DNA from: Bacteroidota bacterium
Lineage (GTDB): Bacteria > Bacteroidota > Bacteroidia > Flavobacteriales > BACL11
NCBI GenBank assembly: GCA_028408365.1
Contig: JAOOLD010000002.1
Span: forward strand, 80,409 to 144,408
Direction of reading: 5' to 3'
DNA length: 64,000 nt
Shown: positions 49,235-58,344 of the stretch, in pieces
How the letters are laid out: every line of letters begins with the position of its first letter
Position numbering within the stretch: the stretch's first letter is position 1
Made by a program: the position numbers and the translations under genes
Notes under the pieces: model-generated
What the model saw: only the letters and a program-made list of their open reading frames with translations
Databases searched by the model: none
What the model was told of the DNA's origin: nothing

Positions 49235-49780
49235 ATGAGAAAACTTTATTTTATTTTATTTCTACTGCCGTGTACTATCTTTAGTCAAACTCACTATATA
49301 GACAACACTAATCTTCAGGCATCAGGACTACCCACGGATTTTGATATTACTAAAAGCACTTTCTATAATGCTTATGATACTTGTGCAGTAAGCTGGGTAG
49401 TGATTAGTGATTCCATGCCGTCTCAATGGGATATTTCATTCTGTTTTCCAGCGTGCTACCCGATTGGAGTTACAAGTGCTCAAGATACATTTATGCCAAC
49501 AGCTAAGGTTTATCTTAATGGTCATTTTTACCCCAATTTAGTATCAGGTGAAGGCTACATGCAAATGCAAATTACTACAAACTCAAATATTGTTGATACC
49601 ATTACTTGGTATGTAGTAGCTTCAGAGATTTCTAATTTAGAAAGCATCTTCCTAAAAAATGATCAAGAATTTATTGATATATATGATATAAGTGGTAGAC
49701 GAGTTGAAAATTTTGAAAAAGGAAAAACTTTTGTCGTTAAAACAAAACAAAATACTTTCAAAACTATATATGTCTTGTAA
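49235..49780 (+). CDS. Small secreted protein with a shortened type A T9SS CTD-like tail
   Basis: Signal peptide ending FS|Q, WDISFCFPACY, and C-terminal IYDISGRRV. Confidence 0.7.
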   Translation: MRKLYFILFLLPCTIFSQTHYIDNTNLQASGLPTDFDITKSTFYNAYDTCAVSWVVISDSMPSQWDISFCFPACYPIGVTSAQDTFMPTAKVYLNGHFYPNLVSGEGYMQMQITTNSNIVDTITWYVVASEISNLESIFLKNDQEFIDIYDISGRRVENFEKGKTFVVKTKQNTFKTIYVL

Positions 49781-50360
49781 ATATAAATACTTAAAAATAT
49801 TTCTAATTACAACCATTTTTTTTGCTTGTGATAAAGACGACCTAAGTAATAATAATAGTACTACTAATAATGCTACATCACAAAATTGTGGAACAGTAAC
49901 AGTTAATGTTGATCATACAACCAATGAAACATTCAGCTCTAATGTTTATGAAGTAACTTGCTTAAGTTCCTTTAATACATTCACTAAATATAATGGAGTA
50001 GCTAATAACTTAATGTTAGACTTTGAATTTATATGTATGCCAAATTCAAGTTCAGCAAATCAAACATCTCCGATAATTGAAATCGGCATAAATTATCAAT
50101 ACTCAGATGGATGGGGTGCAGCAGATTATGACAAAAATCAATGTGGGGGTAATTCATTTTATGCAGTTGATTACTGGTTTTCAGATCCAAATGACAGTAT
50201 CATTATTAATTTGAGTGTAGATGAAATAAATTATACAATCTCTGGCGATTTTACACTTTTTGACCTACCAGGTTCAAAGCCTACAATAAATGTTACATTA
50301 GTTGATTTTCCAATAACTATTGAAGATTATAACCCAATAGCTGTGGAGCATAATAATTAA
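49770..50360 (+). CDS. Hypothetical lipoprotein
   Basis: ATG 49770 gives MSCKYKYLKIFLITTIFFACDKDD, a lipobox followed by an acidic export-type motif. Confidence 0.7.
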   Translation: MSCKYKYLKIFLITTIFFACDKDDLSNNNSTTNNATSQNCGTVTVNVDHTTNETFSSNVYEVTCLSSFNTFTKYNGVANNLMLDFEFICMPNSSSANQTSPIIEIGINYQYSDGWGAADYDKNQCGGNSFYAVDYWFSDPNDSIIINLSVDEINYTISGDFTLFDLPGSKPTINVTLVDFPITIEDYNPIAVEHNN

Positions 50361-50364
50361 AATT

Positions 50365-51729
50365 TTACCCAAAAAGAAGTCTAAAAACCTCTTCAATTTT
50401 ACCAAATTTTGAAATTTTAATTTTAAAATCTTTTGAGTTTAGATTGTTATACTTTGAGATGACAATTTGTTTGTATCCAAGCTTTTCAGCTTCAGCAATT
50501 CTTTGCTCAATTCTGTTCACAGCTCTTATTTCGCCAGAAAGTCCGATTTCTCCCGCAAAACATATTTGAGTGTCAAGTTCAATATTTTGATCTGAAGATA
50601 ATATAGAACAAATAACTGCCAAGTCTATCGCAGTATCATCAATTCTAATGCCTCCAGTTATGTTTAAAAAAACATCTTTAGCTCCAAGTCTAAAACCACA
50701 TCTTTTTTCAAGAACTGCTAGTAACATATTCATTCTTCTTGTATCAAATCCAGTTGCAGATCTTTGAGGAGTACCATATACAGCAGAGCTAACTAGAGAT
50801 TGAATTTCAACAAGTAGTGGTCTTGCTCCTTCAACTGTACCAGCAATTGCTACACCACTTGTTTTTTCATCTCTTTCAGAAATTAGAATTTCTGAGGGAT
50901 TAGCTACTTCTCTGAGGCCATAGCTATTCATCTCATAAACTCCAAGTTCAGATGCGGAACCGAAACGGTTTTTAACTGTTCTAAGTATACGATATATATA
51001 ATTTCTATCTCCCTCAAATTGAAGTACTGTGTCTACCATGTGTTCTAAAATTTTTGGACCTGCTATTGCCCCATCTTTGTTAATGTGACCTATTAAAAAC
51101 ACTGCTGTTCCACTTTCTTTCGCATATTTTAAAAGTTCTGAGGTGCAAGCTTTGACTTGAGAAACGCTTCCTGGAGATGATTCTATTTGAGATGAATGAA
51201 GTGTTTGAATTGAATCAATCACTAAAATTTCTGGCTCCAAGCTTTCAATTTGCTGAAAAATATTTTGTGTGTTCGTCTCTGTTAAAATGTAGCAGTTTTC
51301 AGAGCTTTTATTTATTCTTTCAGCACGCATTTTAATTTGTTTCTCGCTTTCTTCTCCAGAAACATATAAAATTCTTTTTGGTATTGAGCTCAATGCAAAC
51401 TGAAGTAATAATGTAGATTTCCCAATTCCTGGATCACCCCCAAGAAGAATTAGAGAACCAGGAACAATACCTCCACCTAAAACTCTGTTGAGTTCTGAAT
51501 CTTTAGTAACTATTCTCTCCTCTTGGCTATAGTCAATATCAGAAACTAATACAGGCTTGTTAACTCTTTTACTTTTAAAGGAACTGCTAACATTATTATC
51601 ATTGTTAATAATCTCTTCAACAAATGTATTCCACTCACCACATTGTGGACACTTTCCTAACCATTTTGGTGATTGATGACCACAGCTTTGACAGAAAAAT
51701 GCAGATCTAACTTTTCTTTTTATTACCAC
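50365..51729 (-). CDS. radA: DNA repair protein RadA/Sms
   Basis: C4 zinc finger, GDPGIGKST, KNRFG, GEIGLSGE. Confidence 0.97.
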   Translation of the reverse strand: MVIKRKVRSAFFCQSCGHQSPKWLGKCPQCGEWNTFVEEIINNDNNVSSSFKSKRVNKPVLVSDIDYSQEERIVTKDSELNRVLGGGIVPGSLILLGGDPGIGKSTLLLQFALSSIPKRILYVSGEESEKQIKMRAERINKSSENCYILTETNTQNIFQQIESLEPEILVIDSIQTLHSSQIESSPGSVSQVKACTSELLKYAKESGTAVFLIGHINKDGAIAGPKILEHMVDTVLQFEGDRNYIYRILRTVKNRFGSASELGVYEMNSYGLREVANPSEILISERDEKTSGVAIAGTVEGARPLLVEIQSLVSSAVYGTPQRSATGFDTRRMNMLLAVLEKRCGFRLGAKDVFLNITGGIRIDDTAIDLAVICSILSSDQNIELDTQICFAGEIGLSGEIRAVNRIEQRIAEAEKLGYKQIVISKYNNLNSKDFKIKISKFGKIEEVFRLLFG

Positions 51730-52226
51730 TATTTATTGAGCTTATTTATAGTATTTGTACTTGAAAGACCATCAACTAAGGGGATTATGATTGTTTCGCC
51801 ACCATATGAACTTACAATATCATTTCCCACAATATCCTTTTTTTGATAGTCACCACCTTTAATTAAAAAATTAGGCTTAATTTTTTGAATTAATTTTTTT
51901 GGAGTATCATCACTAAATTCTACCACATAATCAACAAAAGAGAAAGAAGCTAGCATATGAGATCTGGTTTGAAAATCATTTACAGGTCTTTCTTTTCCTT
52001 TAAGTTTTCTTACTGATTCATCAGAGTTGACAGCTACGATTAGCCTATCTCCAAATTCTTTGGATTTTGTGAGAATCTCTAGATGACCTAGATGTAGAAT
52101 ATCAAAGCATCCATTCGTAAAGGCTACTTTCATTTTATTTTTTTTCCACTGGCTAACTTTTAAAACTAAGTTATCAGTGGTAATTATTTTTTCTCTTACT
52201 TTACTGATTACTGGCATTCTTTGCAT
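51729..52226 (-). CDS. rfaE2: D-glycero-beta-D-manno-heptose 1-phosphate adenylyltransferase-like protein (RfaE domain II)
   Basis: FTNGCFDILHLGH, NSDESVRKLKG, KGGDY, LSSTN. The start may instead be ATG 52217. Confidence 0.88.
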   Translation of the reverse strand: MQRMPVISKVREKIITTDNLVLKVSQWKKNKMKVAFTNGCFDILHLGHLEILTKSKEFGDRLIVAVNSDESVRKLKGKERPVNDFQTRSHMLASFSFVDYVVEFSDDTPKKLIQKIKPNFLIKGGDYQKKDIVGNDIVSSYGGETIIIPLVDGLSSTNTINKLNK

Positions 52227-53196
52227 TGTTTTTTGAAATGAAAAGTAAAGCTAATGAAATTGCTCCAAAAACTAGAGCCATTAGAGTTTGTGCAGTGTGA
52301 ACAGCAAAAGCAAAAATAAGTGCTGAATCAGCACCAATACCTAAACTCATTAGTCCAAGTTTAGTAGCTAGGTGATATGAACCAATACCTCCTTGAGTTG
52401 GAACTACCATACCAATACCGCCTATTACCATTATGTATATTCCGTCAATAAAGTTTAAAGAGTTAGTTTCACTAACAGCAAAAAAACAGATGTATGTCAT
52501 TAAAGCATATAAACTCCAAATTAAAGTGGTATGAGTCCAAAATGCAGTTTTATTTTTAATTTTTTTTACACTGATAAATCCTTCTTTGATACCTTCAAAG
52601 AAATCTTTAATTTTTATTACAATGGTTGAAGATTGATTTTTCTTTGTGTATAAGAAAAAAATAGATGAAATTGCTAATAGGCTGAGAACAAAAATAAGTA
52701 TTGAATTAACAGGTAATTTTTGAGCTTTACTAAAAACAGAATTAAAAAAAATATTAATTTTTTCTAGATTGATAATAAACATTAATATTAGCAGAGAAAT
52801 AAGAGCTAATAAATCAATAGCCCTTTCGGCAATTATAGTACCAAATAATTTATCAACTGGTATATTTTCCTTTTTATTTAGTGCTGTGCATCTTGAAATT
52901 TCTCCAGCTCTTGGAATTGCTAAATTTGTTAAATAGCCAATCGCAACTGCATTAATACTATTTGAAATTTTACAATTATGCCCCAGTGGCTGTATCATGT
53001 GAATCCATCTGACACCTCTTAAAACAATAGCTAATGCTCCTAAAACAATCGAGAGATAAATCCAACTCATTTCCAAGTTAGCTAAACTTTGAAGTAGTTC
53101 TCTCGGATTTTGGTTTTTCAGAGCTAAAGCCAATAATAAAAAAGCTAAAAATCCAAAAAGCAGATATTTTATTGCGTTAATTAGTTTCTTCCGCAT
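52201..53196 (-). CDS. Lysylphosphatidylglycerol synthase-like TM (flippase-like, UPF0104) protein
   Basis: RGVRW, NLAIPRAGEISR, ERAID, PTQGGIGSYH. Confidence 0.85.
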   Translation of the reverse strand: MRKKLINAIKYLLFGFLAFLLLALALKNQNPRELLQSLANLEMSWIYLSIVLGALAIVLRGVRWIHMIQPLGHNCKISNSINAVAIGYLTNLAIPRAGEISRCTALNKKENIPVDKLFGTIIAERAIDLLALISLLILMFIINLEKINIFFNSVFSKAQKLPVNSILIFVLSLLAISSIFFLYTKKNQSSTIVIKIKDFFEGIKEGFISVKKIKNKTAFWTHTTLIWSLYALMTYICFFAVSETNSLNFIDGIYIMVIGGIGMVVPTQGGIGSYHLATKLGLMSLGIGADSALIFAFAVHTAQTLMALVFGAISLALLFISKNNAKNASNQ

Positions 53197-54016
53197 TTAT
53201 AATGATGTTATCAATTAATCTTATATTTTCAATTGTAGCTGCTATACAAATTGCTAAATTATCACAAATGACATCAACTGGGTGCATAGTTTTAATACTA
53301 ACAAATTCCAAATACTCTAAATTAAGTTTACTTCTTTCAAACAATTTTTTTACTTTATTTTTCAAAGTTACAATATCATATTTAGTGATATGATCTCTAC
53401 AATAGCAAAGAGATTCAAAAATTATTGTTGCTGATTTAAAGCTATCTTTTGTTAAATTCTTGTTTCTTGAGCTGAGAGCAATTCCATTTTTCTCTCTTAC
53501 TGTAGGAACAGAAACTATTTTTAAAGCTGACTTTTTTGAAATATATTTGATTATTGTAAGTTGCTGTAAATCTTTCTCTCCAAAAAATGCAATGTCAGGA
53601 CTTACTATTTTAAACAATTTAGTAACTACAGTTGCCACGCCTTGAAAATGGCCAGGTCTATATTCTCCTTCCATAAACTTGTCAAGATTATTTAAATCGA
53701 ACTCACTACTCTTCAAATTATTCTCATAAAGCTCAAAATCATTTGGTATAAAAAGTATGTCACAGTGATGTTTCTTCAGCAATTCAATATCATTCTCGCT
53801 GTTGGTAGGATAATTTCTTAAGTCTTTTTGAGAATTAAACTGAGTTGGATTTACATATATGCTACATATGGTTAAATCACATCTAGATTTTGATGCTTTA
53901 ATTAATGAAATATGGCCAGCGTGCAAGGCTCCCATAGTGGGAACAAATCCAATTTTTTGTTTTGACAAAGAATACAATAATTCTTTTAGCTTGGACTTTT
54001 TCTTTATTATTTTCAT
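53177..54016 (-). CDS. panC: Pantoate--beta-alanine ligase
   Basis: FVPTMGALHAGH, VNPTQF, RPGHFQGV, FGEKD, ALSSRN, RLIDN. Confidence 0.97.
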   Translation of the reverse strand: MKIIKKKSKLKELLYSLSKQKIGFVPTMGALHAGHISLIKASKSRCDLTICSIYVNPTQFNSQKDLRNYPTNSENDIELLKKHHCDILFIPNDFELYENNLKSSEFDLNNLDKFMEGEYRPGHFQGVATVVTKLFKIVSPDIAFFGEKDLQQLTIIKYISKKSALKIVSVPTVREKNGIALSSRNKNLTKDSFKSATIIFESLCYCRDHITKYDIVTLKNKVKKLFERSKLNLEYLEFVSIKTMHPVDVICDNLAICIAATIENIRLIDNIIINAEETN

Positions 54017-54100
54017 AACAATTACAAAACAAAACTACCTTAAATGCTTTATTTAAAGAATTTTTTTCTATATTTTTGCAAGGCGATTTAAATCTTAAAT

Positions 54101-54949
54101 ATGGGAAAGAAAAGAATTTTATACGTATCTCAAGAAATATCACCATACACTAAAGAAAACAAAAGATCAAATTTTTGTATGAGCTTACCTCAAGTTGTTC
54201 AAGAAAATGACAATGACATTAGAATTTTCATGCCTAAGTTTGGTACAATAAACGAAAGAAGACATCAGCTACACGAAGTCATTAGACTCTCAGGAATGAA
54301 TCTAATAATTGATGATTTTGATCATCAGTTAATTATTAAAGTAGCTTCTGTTCAACAATCAAGAATGCAAGTGTATTTTATTGATAATGAAGAGTATTTC
54401 CCCAAGAGACATTACCTTAACGATCCAGAAGGAAATTTCATGGAAAACAATGATGAAAGAATGATGTTTTTTTGTAAAGGTGTTATTGAAACAGTAAAAA
54501 AACTTGGTTGGGCTCCAGATATCATACATTGCAATGGATGGTTCTCAGCTCTTGTACCCATGTACATAAAAAAACTGTACAATAAAGACCCTATGTTCGC
54601 AAATACAAAAATTTATTATACAGTTTTTGATAATCCCTTTAAAGGGGATTTAAATAATTCACTTTCTGAAAAATTATTATTTGAAGACTTACAAGATAAA
54701 GATGTTGAAATGATTGGGAATCCTACATTTGATAATCTTAATAAATTCGCAATTAGCTACTCAGATGCTGTTGTTCAAGGGTCAAAAAAGTTAAGTAAAA
54801 ACTTACTTAATTTTACAAAAAACAATAACATCCCTGTATTGGTAAAAACAGATGATGATAATTTTGAAAAGCAGTGTCTTTCTTTTTATGACAGCACAAA
54901 AAAGGCAAAAAAAACAAAAAAAAATAAGCAGTTAGTTGAGGTTGTATAG
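54101..54949 (+). CDS. Stand-alone glycogen/starch synthase (GT5) N-terminal domain protein
   Basis: RILYVSQEI, RIFMPKFG, YFIDNEEYF, PDIIHCNGW; only 282 aa. Confidence 0.85.
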   Translation: MGKKRILYVSQEISPYTKENKRSNFCMSLPQVVQENDNDIRIFMPKFGTINERRHQLHEVIRLSGMNLIIDDFDHQLIIKVASVQQSRMQVYFIDNEEYFPKRHYLNDPEGNFMENNDERMMFFCKGVIETVKKLGWAPDIIHCNGWFSALVPMYIKKLYNKDPMFANTKIYYTVFDNPFKGDLNNSLSEKLLFEDLQDKDVEMIGNPTFDNLNKFAISYSDAVVQGSKKLSKNLLNFTKNNNIPVLVKTDDDNFEKQCLSFYDSTKKAKKTKKNKQLVEVV

Positions 54950-56192
54950 TTATAAATCTTTTATACTTTTTTGTGTTTTTTCATTTATACTCTTATCTTG
55001 CAAGGAACCCTCAGAAATAGGTCTTGACATACATCCTGAAAGTGATAGAATTCTGATAAAAAATAATTCGAATTTTTTTAATTTTTCAACGAATACTCTT
55101 TCTGAAGATTCTTTAAGGACTGATGAACCTGTTAGATTATTACTAGGTAACCTTACTAGTGATCCTATTTTCCCAAAATCTAATGCGCACTTTATTTCTA
55201 ATCTTCTACTTCCATCAAACAATATCAGCTTTGGAGACATAACAAATATTATTGTAGACAGTGTTATATTGCAATACGTTATTGATGACTATTACGGAAA
55301 TGAAATCCAAACTTTTCCTAATCTATACGTATCAAAATTAACAGATCCAATTTATAAAGATTCGTCTTACTATTCCAACTATCCTGTTGTTTATAGTCAA
55401 TCTGAATTAGTTTCAGTAAATAACATAGTGGTTCAGGACTCAAATTCTGTATCAATAATCAAAATTTCAATAGACAACTCCTTAGGACAAGAAATCATCG
55501 ATGGTGGAAATGCCTTAAGCTCTAATGAAGATTTTCTTCAGTATTTTTACGGTCTTAAAGTTGCCACTGTCAATCCATCAGATTTAAACTTAGCTAATGA
55601 CAATACAATATTGTATTTAAACGCTGATAATCAAAAGTCTAAATTTTCAATTTACTACAGAGATATTTCTGTAAATGATTCAGTAATGTCTTTCGATTTA
55701 ATGTTAGGAGGAGAAGCTGCTAGAATTAATCTTTTTAATCAAAAAAATATTCAACAACTTAACGCTTCTACCGATAGCTGTTACGTTCAGTCAATGTCAA
55801 GTTATTTAACATCTATTCAGTTTAATAACTTAGAAAGTATTAGGGATACTTTAAAGAATAAAGTCATAAATAAAGTTAATCTTAAATTCTCATGCAATGA
55901 GGATTTACAATTTGGAGCTCATGAAAAACTTTTCCTAGTCAGAAAAAATCCCATGGGAGTTAATGTTTTTTTAAGTGATTTTGTCATAGAGGGAGAATCA
56001 CATTTTGGTGGGCAGAATCAGAACAATAATTTTACTTTTAACATAACAAGGTATTTTAGCGATTTGATAAATGGAGCTTCAGGCTTCACAGGAGAACTTT
56101 TATTGTTACCATCAGGTGCTGTAATAAATGCAAACAGAACAATAATACCAAAATCAAGTTTTGTGATTGAAGTATTATATTCTGAATTATAA
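54936..56192 (+). CDS. DUF4270-like lipoprotein
   Basis: Lipobox LLSC, LLGN..DPIF, FLQYFYGL, FNITRY; lies between the GT5-like gene and glmS. Confidence 0.75.
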   Translation: MRLYSYKSFILFCVFSFILLSCKEPSEIGLDIHPESDRILIKNNSNFFNFSTNTLSEDSLRTDEPVRLLLGNLTSDPIFPKSNAHFISNLLLPSNNISFGDITNIIVDSVILQYVIDDYYGNEIQTFPNLYVSKLTDPIYKDSSYYSNYPVVYSQSELVSVNNIVVQDSNSVSIIKISIDNSLGQEIIDGGNALSSNEDFLQYFYGLKVATVNPSDLNLANDNTILYLNADNQKSKFSIYYRDISVNDSVMSFDLMLGGEAARINLFNQKNIQQLNASTDSCYVQSMSSYLTSIQFNNLESIRDTLKNKVINKVNLKFSCNEDLQFGAHEKLFLVRKNPMGVNVFLSDFVIEGESHFGGQNQNNNFTFNITRYFSDLINGASGFTGELLLLPSGAVINANRTIIPKSSFVIEVLYSEL

Positions 56193-56210
56193 TAACTTCG
56201 TTTTAATTGT

Positions 56211-56218
56211 TACTTTTG
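56211..56218 (+). promoter_or_regulatory. -7 box TACTTTTG, 4 nt before the glmS ATG
   Basis: TACTTTTG-aaaa-ATG. Confidence 0.6.
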
Positions 56219-56222
56219 AAAA

Positions 56223-58058
56223 ATGTGTGGAATTGTTTCTTACATCGGAAATAAAGATGCGTACCCAATAATAATAAAGGGACTTAAAAGATTAGAGTAC
56301 AGAGGTTATGATAGTGCAGGTATATGTTTGCTTAAAAACAGTTTAATATCATATAAATCCAAGGGAAAAGTCAAGGATTTAGAAAAAGAGTTTAATAAAA
56401 AACCCATTAGTTCATTTGTAGGAATAGGACATACAAGGTGGGCAACTCATGGTGAGCCAAACAAAACAAATGCTCACCCTCATTTGTCAAACTCTAAAAA
56501 TCTAGCTATAGTTCACAACGGAATAATTGAAAACTATGATTCAATAAGAAAACTATTGAAGAAAAAAGGTTATAAGTTTTATTCTGACACTGATACTGAA
56601 GTTTTAATTAACTTAATTGAATATGAACAAAAAAGTGAAAATCTTAGTTTATTTGAATCAGTAAGGTCGGCTCTTAAGCAGGTTATTGGAGCATATGCTA
56701 TTGTTGTAATGGAAAAAGATAATTTTAACGAAATTGTTGTTGCTAGAAAAGGTTCTCCATTAGTTATAGGAATTGAAAATGGAGAATATTATGTTGCTTC
56801 TGATGCTAGCCCAATAATTGAGTATACAAAAAATGTTGTTTATCTTAATGATGACGAAGTTGCAAGAATAAATATTAAATCAGGTTTACAAATTAAGACT
56901 GTAAGTAATAAGAAAGTTACTCCTTTTGTACAAGAGTTAGCATTATCAATTGAAGATATAGAAAAAGGAGGTTTTGATTATTTTATGTTAAAAGAAATTT
57001 ATGAGCAACCTAAGAGTATAAGATCCACTTTAAGAGGAAGAATCACAGCTCAAAATAAAATTAAATTAGCAGGTTTTAGAGACTTTGAGAAAAAAATTTT
57101 AAAAGCAAACAGATTTACAATCATTGCCTGTGGTACATCATGGCATGCTGGCTTAGTTGCATCATATTATTTTGAAAGCATAGCTAGAATTAATGTTGAT
57201 GTTCAGTATGCATCAGAGTTTAGGTATAGAAACCCAGTATTAAACGAAAATGATGTTGTGCTAAGTATTACTCAATCTGGTGAAACTGCAGATACTCTTG
57301 CCGCTCAAAAACTTGCAAAAAGTAGGGGAGCTATATCACTGGCTATATGCAATGTTGTTGGCTCAAGTATTGCCAGAGAAAATGATGGTGGAGCATATAC
57401 TCATGCTGGTCCTGAAATTGGAGTTGCCTCAACAAAAGCTTTCACTACTCAACTTACAATACTACTCTTAATCGCACTTAGATTAGGAAAAGAAAATTCT
57501 TCCATAAGAGATCGAGATTATCAAAGAATGTTGATTGAAATTCAGATGCTCCCATCAACATTAGAGGAATGTTTAAAAATTGATAAAAAAATAAAAAAAA
57601 TTTCTAAGGAGTTTATGAACTCAGAAAACTTCTTATATCTAGGAAGAGGTATGAACTTTCCAGTAGCTTTAGAAGGAGCTCTTAAGTTGAAAGAAATATC
57701 ATACATTCACGCTGAAGGGTATCCTGCAGCTGAAATGAAGCATGGCCCTATAGCTCTCATTGACGAAAAGATGCCAGTGGTAGTTATAGCAACAGAAGAA
57801 GAGCACTACACAAAAATTTTAAGCAATGCTCAAGAGGTGAAGTCAAGAGGAGGAAGAATTATTTCAATAGTTTTTGATGCTGATGAGTCAATATCTAGTA
57901 TTTCCGAGCATGTAATCAAAGTCCCTAAAGTAAACAAATACTTGTCTCCAATAATTTCTGTAATATCTCTTCAACTACTTTCTTATCACATTGCAGTTAT
58001 GAGAGGATGTGATGTTGATCAACCAAGGAACTTAGCTAAATCAGTTACGGTCGAATAG
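56223..58058 (+). CDS. glmS: Glutamine--fructose-6-phosphate aminotransferase
   Basis: MCGIV, LEYRGYDSAG, GHTRWATHG, QSGETAD, PRNLAKSVTVE. Confidence 0.98.
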   Translation: MCGIVSYIGNKDAYPIIIKGLKRLEYRGYDSAGICLLKNSLISYKSKGKVKDLEKEFNKKPISSFVGIGHTRWATHGEPNKTNAHPHLSNSKNLAIVHNGIIENYDSIRKLLKKKGYKFYSDTDTEVLINLIEYEQKSENLSLFESVRSALKQVIGAYAIVVMEKDNFNEIVVARKGSPLVIGIENGEYYVASDASPIIEYTKNVVYLNDDEVARINIKSGLQIKTVSNKKVTPFVQELALSIEDIEKGGFDYFMLKEIYEQPKSIRSTLRGRITAQNKIKLAGFRDFEKKILKANRFTIIACGTSWHAGLVASYYFESIARINVDVQYASEFRYRNPVLNENDVVLSITQSGETADTLAAQKLAKSRGAISLAICNVVGSSIARENDGGAYTHAGPEIGVASTKAFTTQLTILLLIALRLGKENSSIRDRDYQRMLIEIQMLPSTLEECLKIDKKIKKISKEFMNSENFLYLGRGMNFPVALEGALKLKEISYIHAEGYPAAEMKHGPIALIDEKMPVVVIATEEEHYTKILSNAQEVKSRGGRIISIVFDADESISSISEHVIKVPKVNKYLSPIISVISLQLLSYHIAVMRGCDVDQPRNLAKSVTVE

Positions 58059-58344
58059 AATTGAATCCGATTTTAGGATTAGAAAAATTCCTTAGTCAAG
58101 TTTTAAATTACTGTTATTGATTTTTAAGTGTTACAAGTCACTTTCAATTTTCCATCAAACACTATGAATTGGTTTCAATGTTGAATGTTAGAATACAACG
58201 ATTCCAACAAGTACTATCTATCTAATAGTACTACATTAATACATGTAATATTTCCATGAGTATATTCGATTTAATCGACTAAACCCAAACTTATGGGGGA
58301 GTTGTCGATTAGTAAATCAATACGTTTAAATCTAATTTTAGAAT

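Noticed and set aside
56193-56222. glmS ribozyme or other riboswitch upstream of glmS
   Set aside because: Only 30 bp of AT-rich intergenic sequence, with no room or structure for one.
58282-58298. Resemblance of AACCCAAACTTATGGGG to AACCTAAATTTGGGG in the 16.1-kb candidate RNA
   Set aside because: Too short and gapped to claim a shared motif without a search.
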